A stretch of 64,000 nt of DNA from an uncultured Gammaproteobacteria bacterium (lineage in GTDB: Bacteria > Pseudomonadota > Gammaproteobacteria > DRLM01), in NCBI GenBank assembly GCA_963729605.1, contig CAVSNY010000005.1, positions 128,001 through 192,000 of the forward strand, in the 5' to 3' direction. Positions 1 to 10,657 of this stretch are shown in pieces (position 1 is the first letter of the stretch; the number at the start of each line of letters is the position of its first letter). Both the position numbers and the translations under genes were made by a program. Under the pieces are notes generated by a model. That model was given only the letters and a program-made list of their open reading frames with translations, ran no database searches and was not told where the DNA came from.

Positions 1-380
1 GCGACGATCAGCTTGCCGTTCATCTCGCCCAAGGGCACCACGTTATATTGAATGGCCAAATCGGCGGGCAGACGCGAGAGCATTTGCGAAGGAAGATCGA
101 AACCCTGCAAATTGAGGAAAGGAATACCCAACTTCTTGGCGAGGGCCACGTTCACCTCTTCCTGGGAGACCAATTGCATGTCCAGCAGGATTTGCCCCAG
201 ATGTTTTCCCTTGCTGTGCTTTTGTCGGATCAGGGCTTCGTGGAGCTGCTCGCGGCTGACCAGCTTTTCCGCCACGAAGATCTCGCCGAGCCGCAGATCC
301 GGCGAGCGGTGGGTCTCGTCCAGCACCTCTTTTAATTCGTGGACCGAATTGACGATGTGGTTTTTGCCTGATCCCGACAT
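1..380 (-). CDS. GspE/PilB/MshE-family secretion/pilus ATPase, N-terminal MshEN domain (partial, runs off window start)
   Basis: Not in the ORF track. Manual translation from ATG at 380 gives MSGSGKNHIV...DLRLGEIFVAEKLVSREQLHEALIRQ...KHLGQILLDMQLVSQEEVNVALAKKLGIPF, i.e. tandem MshEN-type RLG/HLG motifs. Confidence 0.8.
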   Translation of the reverse strand, partial: MSGSGKNHIVNSVHELKEVLDETHRSPDLRLGEIFVAEKLVSREQLHEALIRQKHSKGKHLGQILLDMQLVSQEEVNVALAKKLGIPFLNLQGFDLPSQMLSRLPADLAIQYNVVPLGEMNGKLIV

Positions 381-726
381 TTTTCATTTTCCTAAATTAA
401 CGGAGAGGGACAACCCGCCGGCCGGCGGCGCTTCGATCCTGCGGGTCCTCATCCGAGGACCGGCTCTTGAACAACATCAATACCGTCTGGGTTATCGTCA
501 CGTAAGGCGGGTGGGATGATTCGCCGCCGGCGGCAAGAGTCTGCCGCCTTCAACTCATACGTAGTTAAATTGCCATCCGATCTGCCAATTATTTGACCAG
601 TCCGCCATTTGTCAATGACGTAACCCCGTTAAATTATCAGGCCTTGGCGGTTTTACGGCCAGGGCGGTCGCCGTGAACCCCCCATTTTTAGCGGCAAATC
701 GACGGCCAAGACAAGCGCGACCAGAT

Positions 727-742
727 TGGCACACATCTGGCA
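727..742 (+). promoter_or_regulatory. Candidate sigma54 -24/-12 promoter of the diguanylate cyclase
   Basis: TGGCACACATCTGGCA = GG-N10-GC with a consensus TGGCAC -24 element, about 40 nt before ATG 782. Confidence 0.5.
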
Positions 743-781
743 TAATCTTCAGCGCAAGGCGTTTTACTCGGAGATAAAAAA

Positions 782-1738
782 ATGACGGCGCCACATATCA
801 TGGACGCAGATTTTCATCTTGGACAGACCACCCCTGAATCGGTACGGTCGGCTTTCGGACTGATGTCCGATTTATCCGCCGCGGACAGCCAGAGCCTGGA
901 GGCCGTGGTCCGCATCAACACCCATTTGCAAACGACCCTGGACATCCAGGCGCTGATAAATATCTTCGCCGATGAAATGCAGCGCTTTGTCCCCTTCGAC
1001 GCCCTCCGTTACAGTTCTTCCGCCCACGATTTAGTGGTGGAGCTGGGAAAAGGCGCGCGCAACATCTGTTCATATCGTTTGATCGCCGGTACCGATCTGC
1101 TCGGGGAACTGCGATTCAGCCGCCGCCGTAAATTCACCGTCCTCGAGACCCAAACCATCGAACACCTGATGTGCGCCCTGGTTTACCCGCTGCGCAACGC
1201 CCTCACCTATCTTTCCGCGTTGCGGGCCGCCCACAAGGATCCCCTGACCGGGGTGAACAATCGCAGCGCCTTGGACACGAGCCTGGCCCGTGAAGTGGAC
1301 ATGGCGCGCCGCCACCGCACCTCGCTGTCGTTGATCATGATGGATATCGACCGTTTCAAATCCATCAACGACAATTATGGCCACACCGCCGGCGACGAGG
1401 TCATCAAGGCCTTTACCGCCGTGGTGGGCACCGCGATCCGCAAGAGCGACATGTTATTCCGCTTCGGCGGCGAGGAATTCGTGGTCTTGTTGAGCAACAC
1501 CGCCCGCGCCGGGGCCGTCTTGCTCGCGGAACGCATCCGCCAGGCGGTGGAGCAAAGTCTGGTGAGCATCGGGCATCAGGTCGTACCCATCACCGTCAGC
1601 CTCGGCGTTTCCACTCTCGGTCCGACGGACACGCAGCAGTCCCTGTTCGAAAAAGCGGACAAAGCGCTTTACAACGCCAAGAGCGAAGGCCGCAACTGTG
1701 TGCGTTATCTCACGCATAACGCCGCCGAAATCGCCTGA
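782..1738 (+). CDS. Diguanylate cyclase (GGDEF domain)
   Basis: DPLTGVNNR, DIDRFKSINDNYGH, RKSD I-site five residues before an intact GGEEF. Confidence 0.92.
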   Translation: MTAPHIMDADFHLGQTTPESVRSAFGLMSDLSAADSQSLEAVVRINTHLQTTLDIQALINIFADEMQRFVPFDALRYSSSAHDLVVELGKGARNICSYRLIAGTDLLGELRFSRRRKFTVLETQTIEHLMCALVYPLRNALTYLSALRAAHKDPLTGVNNRSALDTSLAREVDMARRHRTSLSLIMMDIDRFKSINDNYGHTAGDEVIKAFTAVVGTAIRKSDMLFRFGGEEFVVLLSNTARAGAVLLAERIRQAVEQSLVSIGHQVVPITVSLGVSTLGPTDTQQSLFEKADKALYNAKSEGRNCVRYLTHNAAEIA

Positions 1739-1954
1739 CCCGCGCCCATTCTTTTCATTTGCATCAGCGCGTTTCTCGGCTGATAATGCCGTTGTTTTTA
1801 ATCTCAAAATTCCCTGCGGCTTGTGCGGGACCGGGTGATGGGAATTCTCAAAGGGGGGCATCGCGATGCCTCCTTTAAGCAAGCGCGGCGAGGGGGGCAT
1901 CCCCGCCCGCGGCTAGACCAATCTAATTTTTATCAGTTTGGCGGTAATACACTC

Positions 1955-2998
1955 ATGAGCAGTACGATATGTGGTTTCCTCCCCCCCGAATGGGCGCCGC
2001 AGAGCGGCGTCATCCTCACCTGGCCCCACCCGCACAGCGATTGGCAGGATATCCTGCCCGCGGTCGAGCCGGTGTACGTGCAACTGGCCGGCCACATCGC
2101 GGCGCGTGAAAAGGTCCTGATCAATTGCTGGGACGCCGGCCACGCCGATCATGTCGCGCGATTATTGAAAAAAGCCGGCACCTATTTTCCCAATGTGATG
2201 CTGCACATCCTGCCGACCAACGACACCTGGGTCCGCGATTACGGTCCCATCACCATCTTCCGGGAAGGCAAACCGGTGTTGCTGGATTTCATCTTCAACG
2301 GCTGGGGCAATAAATTTCCCGCGCCCCTGGATAACGAAGCGACTCAACGCATCCATCGCAACGAGATATTCGGCGCCGCCCAGCTGCGCCCGGTCAACTT
2401 GGTCTTGGAAGGCGGCAGCATCGAAGTGGACGGCCACGGCACCCTGCTCACCACCAGCCAATGCCTGCTCACCCCCACCCGCAACCCCCAACTCGATCGC
2501 GGCCAGGTCGAGGCGACCCTGCGCGGTCTGCTGGGCACCACCCGCGTGTTGTGGCTGGAGCACGGCCATTTGGCGGGCGACGACACCGACAGCCACATCG
2601 ACACCCTGGCCCGTTTCTGCGATCCGCACACCATCGCCTACGTGGCCTGCGACGACCCGGCCGACGAACACTACGACGACCTCAAACAGATGGAGGCGGA
2701 ACTGCAAGCCTTCCGCGACTATCAAGGCCAGCCCTACCGCCTGGTGCCCCTGCCCTGGCCGGCCGCCAAACGGGACGAGGACGGCCGGCGTCTCGCCGCC
2801 AGCTACGCCAACTTCCTCATCATCAACGGTGCCGTGCTGGTCCCGACCTACGACGATGCCGCCGACGCCGAGGCCTTGCGCCGGCTGCAAGCCTGCTTTC
2901 CGGACCGCGAGGTGATCGGCGTCGACTGTTTGCCGCTCATCAAACAAAACGGCAGTCTGCATTGCGTGACCATGCAATTGCCGGCCGGCGTCATGTAG
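1955..2998 (+). CDS. aguA: Agmatine deiminase (PPAD family)
   Basis: PPEWAPQ, DTWVRDYGP, LEGGSIEVDG, DTDSHID and GSLHCVTMQ motifs; start moved to ATG 1955. Confidence 0.9.
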   Translation: MSSTICGFLPPEWAPQSGVILTWPHPHSDWQDILPAVEPVYVQLAGHIAAREKVLINCWDAGHADHVARLLKKAGTYFPNVMLHILPTNDTWVRDYGPITIFREGKPVLLDFIFNGWGNKFPAPLDNEATQRIHRNEIFGAAQLRPVNLVLEGGSIEVDGHGTLLTTSQCLLTPTRNPQLDRGQVEATLRGLLGTTRVLWLEHGHLAGDDTDSHIDTLARFCDPHTIAYVACDDPADEHYDDLKQMEAELQAFRDYQGQPYRLVPLPWPAAKRDEDGRRLAASYANFLIINGAVLVPTYDDAADAEALRRLQACFPDREVIGVDCLPLIKQNGSLHCVTMQLPAGVM

Positions 2999-3035
2999 CC
3001 GCATAATCCACGGCACTGCCACCAGGGGGATTCCC

Positions 3036-3929
3036 ATGAAACACCGCATGCTTACCGTCGGCCTGATCCAACACGCCTGCGGCGAAGACCGCGACGCCAA
3101 CCTCGCCGCCACCGTCGCCGGCGTGCGCGAGGCGGCGCGGCAAGGCGCTCGACTGGTGCTGCTGCAAGAGCTGCACACCGGCCCCTATTTCTGCCAGCAC
3201 GAGGAGACCGACTATTTCGATCGGGCGGAAACCCTGCCCGGCCCCAGCACCGACCTGCTGGGCGCGGTGGCGCGCGAACTTCAGGTAGTGATCGTCGCCT
3301 CGCTGTTCGAGCGCCGCGCGCCGGGCCTGTATCACAACACCGCCGTGGTGCTGGATCGGGACGGCGCCATCGCCGGCAAATACCGCAAGATGCACATCCC
3401 GGACGACCCCGGCTATTACGAAAAATTCTATTTCACCCCTGGCGACCTCGGTTTCGAACCCATCGACACCAGCGTCGGGCGCCTCGGCGTGCTGGTGTGC
3501 TGGGATCAGTGGTTCCCGGAAGCGGCGCGGCTGATGGCCCTGGCCGGCGCCGACCTGCTGCTCTACCCCACCGCCATCGGCTGGAATCCGCCCGACGACG
3601 CCGCGGAAAAGGCCCGCCAGCGCGAGGCGTGGATCACCATTCAACGGGCCCATGCCGTGGCCAATGGTTTACCGGTGCTGGTCTGCAACCGAGTGGGTTA
3701 CGAGCCAGATCCCTCGGCTCAAACCGAAGGCATCCAATTCTGGGGCAATAGCTTCGTCACGGGGCCGCAGGGCGAATTACTCGCCGCTGCCGGCGAGCAG
3801 GCGGCCGTGCTGGTCACCCAAGTGGATATGGCCCGCAGCGAAGCGGTGCGGCGCATCTGGCCCTATCTGCGCGATCGGCGTATCGACGCCTATCAGGCCC
3901 TCACCCTGCGTTATCGCGATCCGCGCTGA
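3036..3929 (+). CDS. aguB: N-carbamoylputrescine amidase (nitrilase superfamily)
   Basis: LLQEL, YRKMHIP and VCWDQWFPE catalytic E-K-C motifs; directly follows agmatine deiminase. Confidence 0.88.
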   Translation: MKHRMLTVGLIQHACGEDRDANLAATVAGVREAARQGARLVLLQELHTGPYFCQHEETDYFDRAETLPGPSTDLLGAVARELQVVIVASLFERRAPGLYHNTAVVLDRDGAIAGKYRKMHIPDDPGYYEKFYFTPGDLGFEPIDTSVGRLGVLVCWDQWFPEAARLMALAGADLLLYPTAIGWNPPDDAAEKARQREAWITIQRAHAVANGLPVLVCNRVGYEPDPSAQTEGIQFWGNSFVTGPQGELLAAAGEQAAVLVTQVDMARSEAVRRIWPYLRDRRIDAYQALTLRYRDPR

Positions 3930-4080
3930 AGACGCGCGTTTGAAAATCCGGCACGCGGCAAAACCGCGATCAACTCGGGTTCCGCTGCGAGGATCTCGCC
4001 GACTTTCTCCTGCGCCCCTTTTAATCCATGCGGCGTTATACTTAACACATCTTCCACTGGCCGCCCGATAGGAACACGTC

Positions 4081-5202
4081 ATGATCGTCATCTTGGAATC
4101 CAATATCGATAAAAACGGCGAGCGTTACACCAGCTTGATGAACCGTCTCTCCCAGCTGCCCAATGTCCAGGTCCGGGTGCATGAAGAAGTGGGCACCCAA
4201 CACGTGTTGACCGAGCTGTATCTGATCGGCAATACCTCTGCCTTGCCGATGGATGAAATCCAGTCTTTACCCGGCGTGGAACAAGTCGTGCGGATCTCGG
4301 GCGCTTACCGGGTATTGGGCCGCCACAAGAACGACAGCCGCTCCAGCCACTTCGAATACAACGGCGTCAAATTCAGTCAGGACACTCTCAATATCTTCGC
4401 CGGGTTGTGCGCGGTCGATACGCCCGAACACGTGGAAATCATGATGCGCGCCCTGCGGGAACACGGACTGGTCTGCACGCGCATGGGGGCCTACAAGCCC
4501 CGCACCAATCCCTATTCGTTCCAAGGCCACGGCAAAAACTGCATGCCCTATGTCTTCGAGCTGGCGGGTAAATACGGCATCAAGGTGATCGCCATGGAAG
4601 TCACCTCCGAACAACATATCCACGAGATCAACGAAGCGTTGGAACAGACCGGCCGGCCCACCGGGATCATGCTGCAAATCGGTACCCGCAACACCCAGAA
4701 CTTCGAGTTGTTGAAGGCCGTAGGGCGCCAGCAGGAATTTCCGGTGTTGATCAAACGGGGTTTCGGCATCACCCTGGAAGAGTCCCTCAACGCCGCCGAA
4801 TATCTCGCCAGCGAAGGCAACCGCAAAGTGGTGTTCTGCCTGCGCGGCATGAAGACCAATATGGGCGACCCCCATCGCAACCTGGTGGATTTCGCCCACG
4901 TCCCGGTGGTCAAACGGCTCACCCGCATGCCGGTATGCATCGACCCCTCCCACTCGGTGGGGACCCGCGATCGCTCGTGCGACGACATCCTCGATCTCGT
5001 CCATGTCACCGCCCAGGGCGTCATCGCCGGCGCCAACATGGTCCTGGTCGATTTCCACCCCGCGCCGGAGAAGGCGTTGGTCGACGGCCCGCAAGCCCTG
5101 CGCCTGCCGGAACTGCCCTATTTCCTGGAAGACATCCAACTGGCGCGCCAGGCCTATGAGGCACGCACCGCCCTGGTCAAGCGCTACGAAACCACGGCCT
5201 GA
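4081..5202 (+). CDS. aroF: 3-deoxy-7-phosphoheptulonate (DAHP) synthase, type I-beta with N-terminal regulatory domain
   Basis: AGLCAV, GAYKPRTNPYSFQG, QIGTRN, IKRG, DPSH and DGPQ motifs. Confidence 0.88.
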   Translation: MIVILESNIDKNGERYTSLMNRLSQLPNVQVRVHEEVGTQHVLTELYLIGNTSALPMDEIQSLPGVEQVVRISGAYRVLGRHKNDSRSSHFEYNGVKFSQDTLNIFAGLCAVDTPEHVEIMMRALREHGLVCTRMGAYKPRTNPYSFQGHGKNCMPYVFELAGKYGIKVIAMEVTSEQHIHEINEALEQTGRPTGIMLQIGTRNTQNFELLKAVGRQQEFPVLIKRGFGITLEESLNAAEYLASEGNRKVVFCLRGMKTNMGDPHRNLVDFAHVPVVKRLTRMPVCIDPSHSVGTRDRSCDDILDLVHVTAQGVIAGANMVLVDFHPAPEKALVDGPQALRLPELPYFLEDIQLARQAYEARTALVKRYETTA

Positions 5203-5481
5203 GCAACCACCACGGACAGGCATTCAGACCCTCAGATGAACTATATTTACCGTCACTACTTGGATAGACAGAGACTTAGAAAGAAACTGGCCCGGCCTCA
5301 ATCTCCACAACCGGGTCAAACTGGGGGTTAACCGCCACATCCACGATTACAACTAACCCTACGGCGTATTGCGATGACCCAGCGGCCGTGCTCGCAGCGG
5401 CCCCACGCCACCCTTCAATCCGACGACTCGATTTCAAACATGCGGCTACGCAGCACAAGAGGCGGACGACCCGGAATCACC

Positions 5482-6165
5482 ATGAACGAGCAAGACCCAT
5501 CCCTGGCGTGGCTCACGCAATTCCCGCCGCTCGAGGCGGTGCGCGACGAGACCTGTCTCAAACTGCTGGCCACCGCTCAAGCCATCCGCATCAAAAAAGG
5601 CGGCCGGGTCTTTGAAGACGGCGCCCCCTGCGACCGCTATTTATTAATTCTGAAAGGGTCGATCCGGGTGCAGAAAATCACGCCGGGCGGCCATGAAATC
5701 GTGCTCCATCATGTGGGCCCCGGCCAGTCTTGCGAATTGGCCACCGCGTGCATCATCGGTCAACACGCGTATCCCGCCCAGGCCGTCGCCGAAACCGCGG
5801 TGCAAGCCATCTCTATTTCCCGCCCCCATTTCGATGAGCTGATCGCGCACTGTCCGCCCTTTCGCGACATGGTCTATCAACATGTCGAACGCGGCATCAG
5901 CGAATTGATCTCATTAGTCGAGGAAGTGGCCTTCGGCCACATGGACGCGCGCCTGGCCCACTGCTTGTTGCGGCAAGCCAATGGCGGACAGAACGTCACC
6001 ATGACCCATCACGGTTTAGCCGCCGAACTGGGCTCGGCGCGCGAGGTGGTGAGCAGGCTGCTTAAAAAATTCGAGCGTCACGGCTGGGTCCGTCTGCATC
6101 GGGGCTACATCGACCTGCTCGACAAGGAGGCGCTGCGGCGGCTGGCCGATAAAACCTTCGAGTGA
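5482..6165 (+). CDS. Crp/Fnr family transcriptional regulator
   Basis: cNMP-binding-like N-domain and C-terminal HTH (THHGLAAELGSAREVVSRLLKKF); start moved to ATG 5482. Confidence 0.88.
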   Translation: MNEQDPSLAWLTQFPPLEAVRDETCLKLLATAQAIRIKKGGRVFEDGAPCDRYLLILKGSIRVQKITPGGHEIVLHHVGPGQSCELATACIIGQHAYPAQAVAETAVQAISISRPHFDELIAHCPPFRDMVYQHVERGISELISLVEEVAFGHMDARLAHCLLRQANGGQNVTMTHHGLAAELGSAREVVSRLLKKFERHGWVRLHRGYIDLLDKEALRRLADKTFE

Positions 6166-6351
6166 AATTTTACCGCCAGCCGCCGGCCTTCCGCCGACAT
6201 GACTCACCCCGTGAGCCGCGTTTCATCTTAAAATTTCCCGCGGCTTGCCGCGAGGGCCAGGTGATGGCGGCGACGCGGCGCGATTCTCTCCATTCAGCAC
6301 GCGAGGGGGAGCGCGGCGAGGGGTGCATCCCCCGGGCGCGGTCAGAACGAT

Positions 6352-9300
6352 TTATTCAGCCCCCTCGCCGTTCGCCAAGTAGAACCGTTCCCAATCGATG
6401 CCACCGTGATTGTCTTGCCTCAGCAATTCGGTGACGGCGTCGACCGGCAGGGGTTTGCTGAATACAAAACCCTGTATCGCGACGCAGGAACCGCGCACGA
6501 ACTCCAATTGCTCCCTGGTTTCCACGCCTTCCGCGATGACATCCAGTTTGAGGGTCTTGGCCATGGCGATAATTGCTTGCACGATCGCCGTGTCATCGGG
6601 GTTGATGATGACATCGCGTATAAACGAACCGTCGATTTTCAGGGTGTCGATCGGCAAACGCTTCAAATAGCTCAGCGAAGAATAACCCGTACCGAAATCG
6701 TCGATTGAAATCTGGATTCCCGCCATGCTGAGGCCGCGCAAGGTTTCCTGGGAATTGTTTTCATTGTTCATCAATAGGCTTTCGGTGATCTCGAGCCCTA
6801 CCCAATTACTACTTAAATCGATTTCCTCGAGCAAATCCATCACGATTTTTTTGAGACAGGTCGCATCAAATTGGCGGCTGGAAAGATTGATAGAGACCCG
6901 AATCGGGGAAAAGCCCATTTTTTGCCATTTTTTAGCCTGGCATAAAGCGGCCTGCAGCACCCATTCGCCCACAGAGATGATCAAGCCGGTTTCTTCCAAC
7001 AAGGAAATGAATTGACCCGGTAAAAGCAGGCCCAATTCGGGATGCCGCCAACGCAGCAAGGCCTCGACGCCGACGATTTTACCGGTCGTCGATGAGACTT
7101 GCGGCTGATAATAAATCAAGAATTCATCCCGCTTCAGGGCATGGCGTAAATTGGTTTCGAGATTAAGCCGCTCAAAGGCCCTCACGCTCATATCCGACGA
7201 ATAAAACTGATAGTTGTTCCTTCCCAATTCCTTGGCCCGGTACATGGCGATATCCGCATTGCGAATCAAGGTCGCCGCGTCGACCCCGTCGGCGGGATTA
7301 AGGCTGATCCCGATACTGCCTGTAACGAACAATTCCTTGCCGTCCGTTTGAAAAGGCAAGGTGAGGCTGTCGAGTATTTTTCGGCAGATCGGCGCGACGT
7401 CTTCGCTGGCGGTAATATCCTCGAGCAGGATCACGAATTCATCGCCGGCCAATCGCGCCACCGTATCGCCTTCACGCAAACATTTGACGATGCGCTCGGA
7501 AAACATCTTCAGCAAACGATCGCCGATATCATGGCCCAGGGTGTCGTTGATGATCTTGAAGCGGTCCAAATCTATGAACAATACGGCCAGGAATTTATTG
7601 GGATCGCGCTGCCTGGCCAGGGCATGATTCAAACGATCGACGAACAGGCCGCGGTTAGGCAACTGGGTGAGCAGGTCATGATAGGCGAGATGATAAATCC
7701 GCTCCTGGGTCTGCATGCGCTCGGTGATGTCTTTACCCGTGGAAATGAAATGGGTGATATGGCCCTTGGCGTCCTTGAGCGGGGTGATGGTTTTTTCCTC
7801 GTAATATAACTCGCCGCTTTTCTTGCGATTGATGATGATGTCCTGAAATACCTCGCCCTTGAGGATGGTGTCCCACAGATATTTATAAAACTTGTCGTCG
7901 TGCTTATAGGATTTGATGATGTTGCTGGACTTTCCCTTCACCTCGAGAAAACCATAGCCGGTGATGACCTCGAAGGCCGGGTTGACGTATTCGACCAGAC
8001 CATTCTTGTCGGTGATCAACACCACATCCGCCGTTTGTTCAAGCGCGCTGGAGAGCTTCTTCATCTGCTCCTTGGCGTGGGCCTGCTCGTCGAGATGTTG
8101 CTGGCGCTCGATCTCGACGGCGATGCGCTGGCCGAAAATACGCAGTAATCCGAGATCTTCCTCGGAGAAGATATGCGGATTGCTGTCCAGCAGGCAGGTG
8201 ATCGCCACCACCTTGCCATCGCTGTCCAGCGCGGGAAACCCGCAATAGGAATAGGCCTCGTAATCCTTGAGAAATTCCGCCTCGGGGAATTTATCGATGA
8301 CGTTGTCGTAAATCCGCACATCTTTCGACGCCACCACCGACGCGCAAGGCGTGGTCGCGAGCGGATGGGAACCGGGGTTGCTGATCATTTCACCATCGAT
8401 ATAGAGACTCACGAAGTGCATCTCTTCGCCGCGGATAATCGACAGGCAGACGATCCGCACGTCCAGCAACTCACCGATCATGCGCGCGACGTTCTGAAAA
8501 ACATCGGTCGGATCGCCGGACAGGGTCAGGCTCAATTCAGTCAATCGCTTCAAGCGTAAATTGCGCGCCGCGGCCTGGAGTTCGGCCTTGCGCCGGTCGG
8601 TGATATCCTCATAGGTGCTGAGCATCCCGATAATATTATTCTTGAGATCGGTAAGCGGCACCCGATTGGCGCTGAACCAGACGTTTTTTCCGCCGGGCAA
8701 GGTATGCCGGGCCTCATGATTGAGTTTGGATACACCGGATTCCATGACCTCCCTGTCGTCGGCCCGATACAGCTCCGCCTGCTCGCGGTCGCTGAGGTCG
8801 TAATCATTCTTACCAAATATCGCCTCTTGGGAATCGAGACCGGCGTCTCGCGCGAAAAGGCGGTTACAACCCAGATAAGTCTGATTGCGGTCTTTCCAGG
8901 CCACGCGCACCGGAATCGAATCCAATACCAACTGCAACATCTTTTGCGATTCCAGCAAGGCCTCTTCGGCCAATTTGCGCGAGGTGATATCGTGCCCGCT
9001 GGCGACGATCCCCGAAGGTTCGCCGTTTATATCGAGCGTGCGTATGACATACCAGGAGATCACCCGCCTGACCCCGGCGCGGGTAATGATTTCATTTTCA
9101 AACCCGCGGGTCGGCGTGCCCGCCAATACCTTTTTCATATCGGCGGCGACCGCTTCGTGAATTTCCTCGGGCAGAAAAAGTTTGAAATAGTTTTTGCCGA
9201 GCACCTCCTGGCGACTCATCCCGTAGAGATCTTCGGCGGCGGGATTGAATTCCAGCAGCAAACCCCGAGGATCCAGATAGACGACGATGCTTTCCGTGGA

Positions 9301-9750
9301 TTCAACGAAGGCTCGATAACGTTTGTCGCTTTCCACCAACAGCGATTCGGCTTTTTTACGTTCGCTGATATCGGAGAGGATGCCATCCAGATAATGCGCC
9401 TGGGCCCCTTTTTTGATATTGGCCTGGCCGTTCTCCGCCACCCATCTCACCGCGCCATGCGCGTCGACCAGCCGGTATTCCAGGCTATACTCGGACCTTT
9501 GCTCGATGGCCTGCCGTCTGGCGATTTTTACCATCGCCGCATCGTCGACATGCGCCATCTGGATATAAGAGCGTTTATCGCGGTAAACGAAATCGGCGGC
9601 GGTGATACCGGTGATGGTCTCGATCTGGTCACTGACATAATCCAGCCGCCAATTATCTTCACCGAGATATTCGTCGCGAAAAATAGCACCGGGAATGTTG
9701 TTCATCAAAGAGCGTAAATAGTCTTCCATATCACGCGTATCATCAAACAT
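6352..9750 (-). CDS. Multi-PAS/GAF sensor GGDEF-EAL protein
   Basis: Four PAS/PAC repeats, a GAF-like segment, a GGDEF domain with an AGDEF variant, and an EAL domain (VEALLRW, DDFGTGYSS). Confidence 0.92.
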   Translation of the reverse strand: MFDDTRDMEDYLRSLMNNIPGAIFRDEYLGEDNWRLDYVSDQIETITGITAADFVYRDKRSYIQMAHVDDAAMVKIARRQAIEQRSEYSLEYRLVDAHGAVRWVAENGQANIKKGAQAHYLDGILSDISERKKAESLLVESDKRYRAFVESTESIVVYLDPRGLLLEFNPAAEDLYGMSRQEVLGKNYFKLFLPEEIHEAVAADMKKVLAGTPTRGFENEIITRAGVRRVISWYVIRTLDINGEPSGIVASGHDITSRKLAEEALLESQKMLQLVLDSIPVRVAWKDRNQTYLGCNRLFARDAGLDSQEAIFGKNDYDLSDREQAELYRADDREVMESGVSKLNHEARHTLPGGKNVWFSANRVPLTDLKNNIIGMLSTYEDITDRRKAELQAAARNLRLKRLTELSLTLSGDPTDVFQNVARMIGELLDVRIVCLSIIRGEEMHFVSLYIDGEMISNPGSHPLATTPCASVVASKDVRIYDNVIDKFPEAEFLKDYEAYSYCGFPALDSDGKVVAITCLLDSNPHIFSEEDLGLLRIFGQRIAVEIERQQHLDEQAHAKEQMKKLSSALEQTADVVLITDKNGLVEYVNPAFEVITGYGFLEVKGKSSNIIKSYKHDDKFYKYLWDTILKGEVFQDIIINRKKSGELYYEEKTITPLKDAKGHITHFISTGKDITERMQTQERIYHLAYHDLLTQLPNRGLFVDRLNHALARQRDPNKFLAVLFIDLDRFKIINDTLGHDIGDRLLKMFSERIVKCLREGDTVARLAGDEFVILLEDITASEDVAPICRKILDSLTLPFQTDGKELFVTGSIGISLNPADGVDAATLIRNADIAMYRAKELGRNNYQFYSSDMSVRAFERLNLETNLRHALKRDEFLIYYQPQVSSTTGKIVGVEALLRWRHPELGLLLPGQFISLLEETGLIISVGEWVLQAALCQAKKWQKMGFSPIRVSINLSSRQFDATCLKKIVMDLLEEIDLSSNWVGLEITESLLMNNENNSQETLRGLSMAGIQISIDDFGTGYSSLSYLKRLPIDTLKIDGSFIRDVIINPDDTAIVQAIIAMAKTLKLDVIAEGVETREQLEFVRGSCVAIQGFVFSKPLPVDAVTELLRQDNHGGIDWERFYLANGEGAE

Positions 9751-10657
9751 ATCGTTCTCGTTTCTATTGCTTGATGAGTTCTACCCTTTCGCGCGGATAC
9801 CGTATCCGCCAACGATACCTTTCCGCGGAGATACCGTTTCCGCCAACGATATTTTTTCGTGAGGTGCCGGCCGGCGGTCGGCCGTGAAAAACGCAATAGA
9901 TAATTTTTTTATAAACATCTCATCCCCCCATAGAGTCGGCCATTAGCCCCAGATATCTCGTTTTAAGAAATGCCACCACCCCGCCGCCGGTCTTGAAGCC
10001 GGTTAATACTACTCCGTGCGGCGAAATCACCACCTCGTCCTCCACGAGATCGAAGACATCCGGCCATCGGCCGCCGCATAGATTTAAAAAAATTTTCCAT
10101 GATCGCCATTGTACGAGACATGGTTGGTTCGAGTGGAGACGGAAGGATTTTCAACTGCGGAGGTGTTGCGCATGCCGGGCACTTGCCGCTATACCTTATC
10201 CGTAATAAGGGCATCAGCAGCGCCTTGAGCCGTCGCTGAATTTTTCTGTGCATTCAATCCGACTGACGCACTCTCGCGATGCGAAGTTCCACTGCAAGAA
10301 TTGGGGTTGATAAAGTTTTGCCAGAGGAACGGCTATCGGCCGCTGTTTAAGTAAAAGCCAATTATTCAACGTCTTGGCGATTTGCGGCAACCGGGCGTCG
10401 CTGCTCGCGTTAGAGGGCTTCTGTGAGCCCGTTATCTTAACCGTGCATACGCTCATGGATGGATCCACATGGATCACCATAGCATATGCGTATATGCTGT
10501 ATTACGCAATGCGTCAAAGCATCGTTCACGCATCACTCAATGCGAATAAGCCCCAACCTAGAATTATTTTAAGAAAGCTCTGAATAAATCAGAGTCTCCT
10601 TAATTAAACCTTGAAAGTCCAACGCCCGTTACGCGCACGGACATCTGTTTCATTTCA

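Noticed and set aside
571-588. Minus-strand TTGGCAGATCGGATGGCA as a sigma54 promoter for the MshEN ATPase
   Set aside because: GG-to-GC spacing is 11 nt, not the strict 10.
9900-10650. Short ORFs in the AT-richer gap between the EAL gene and truD
   Set aside because: Overlapping on both strands with no motifs or convincing RBS; treated as intergenic or decayed sequence.
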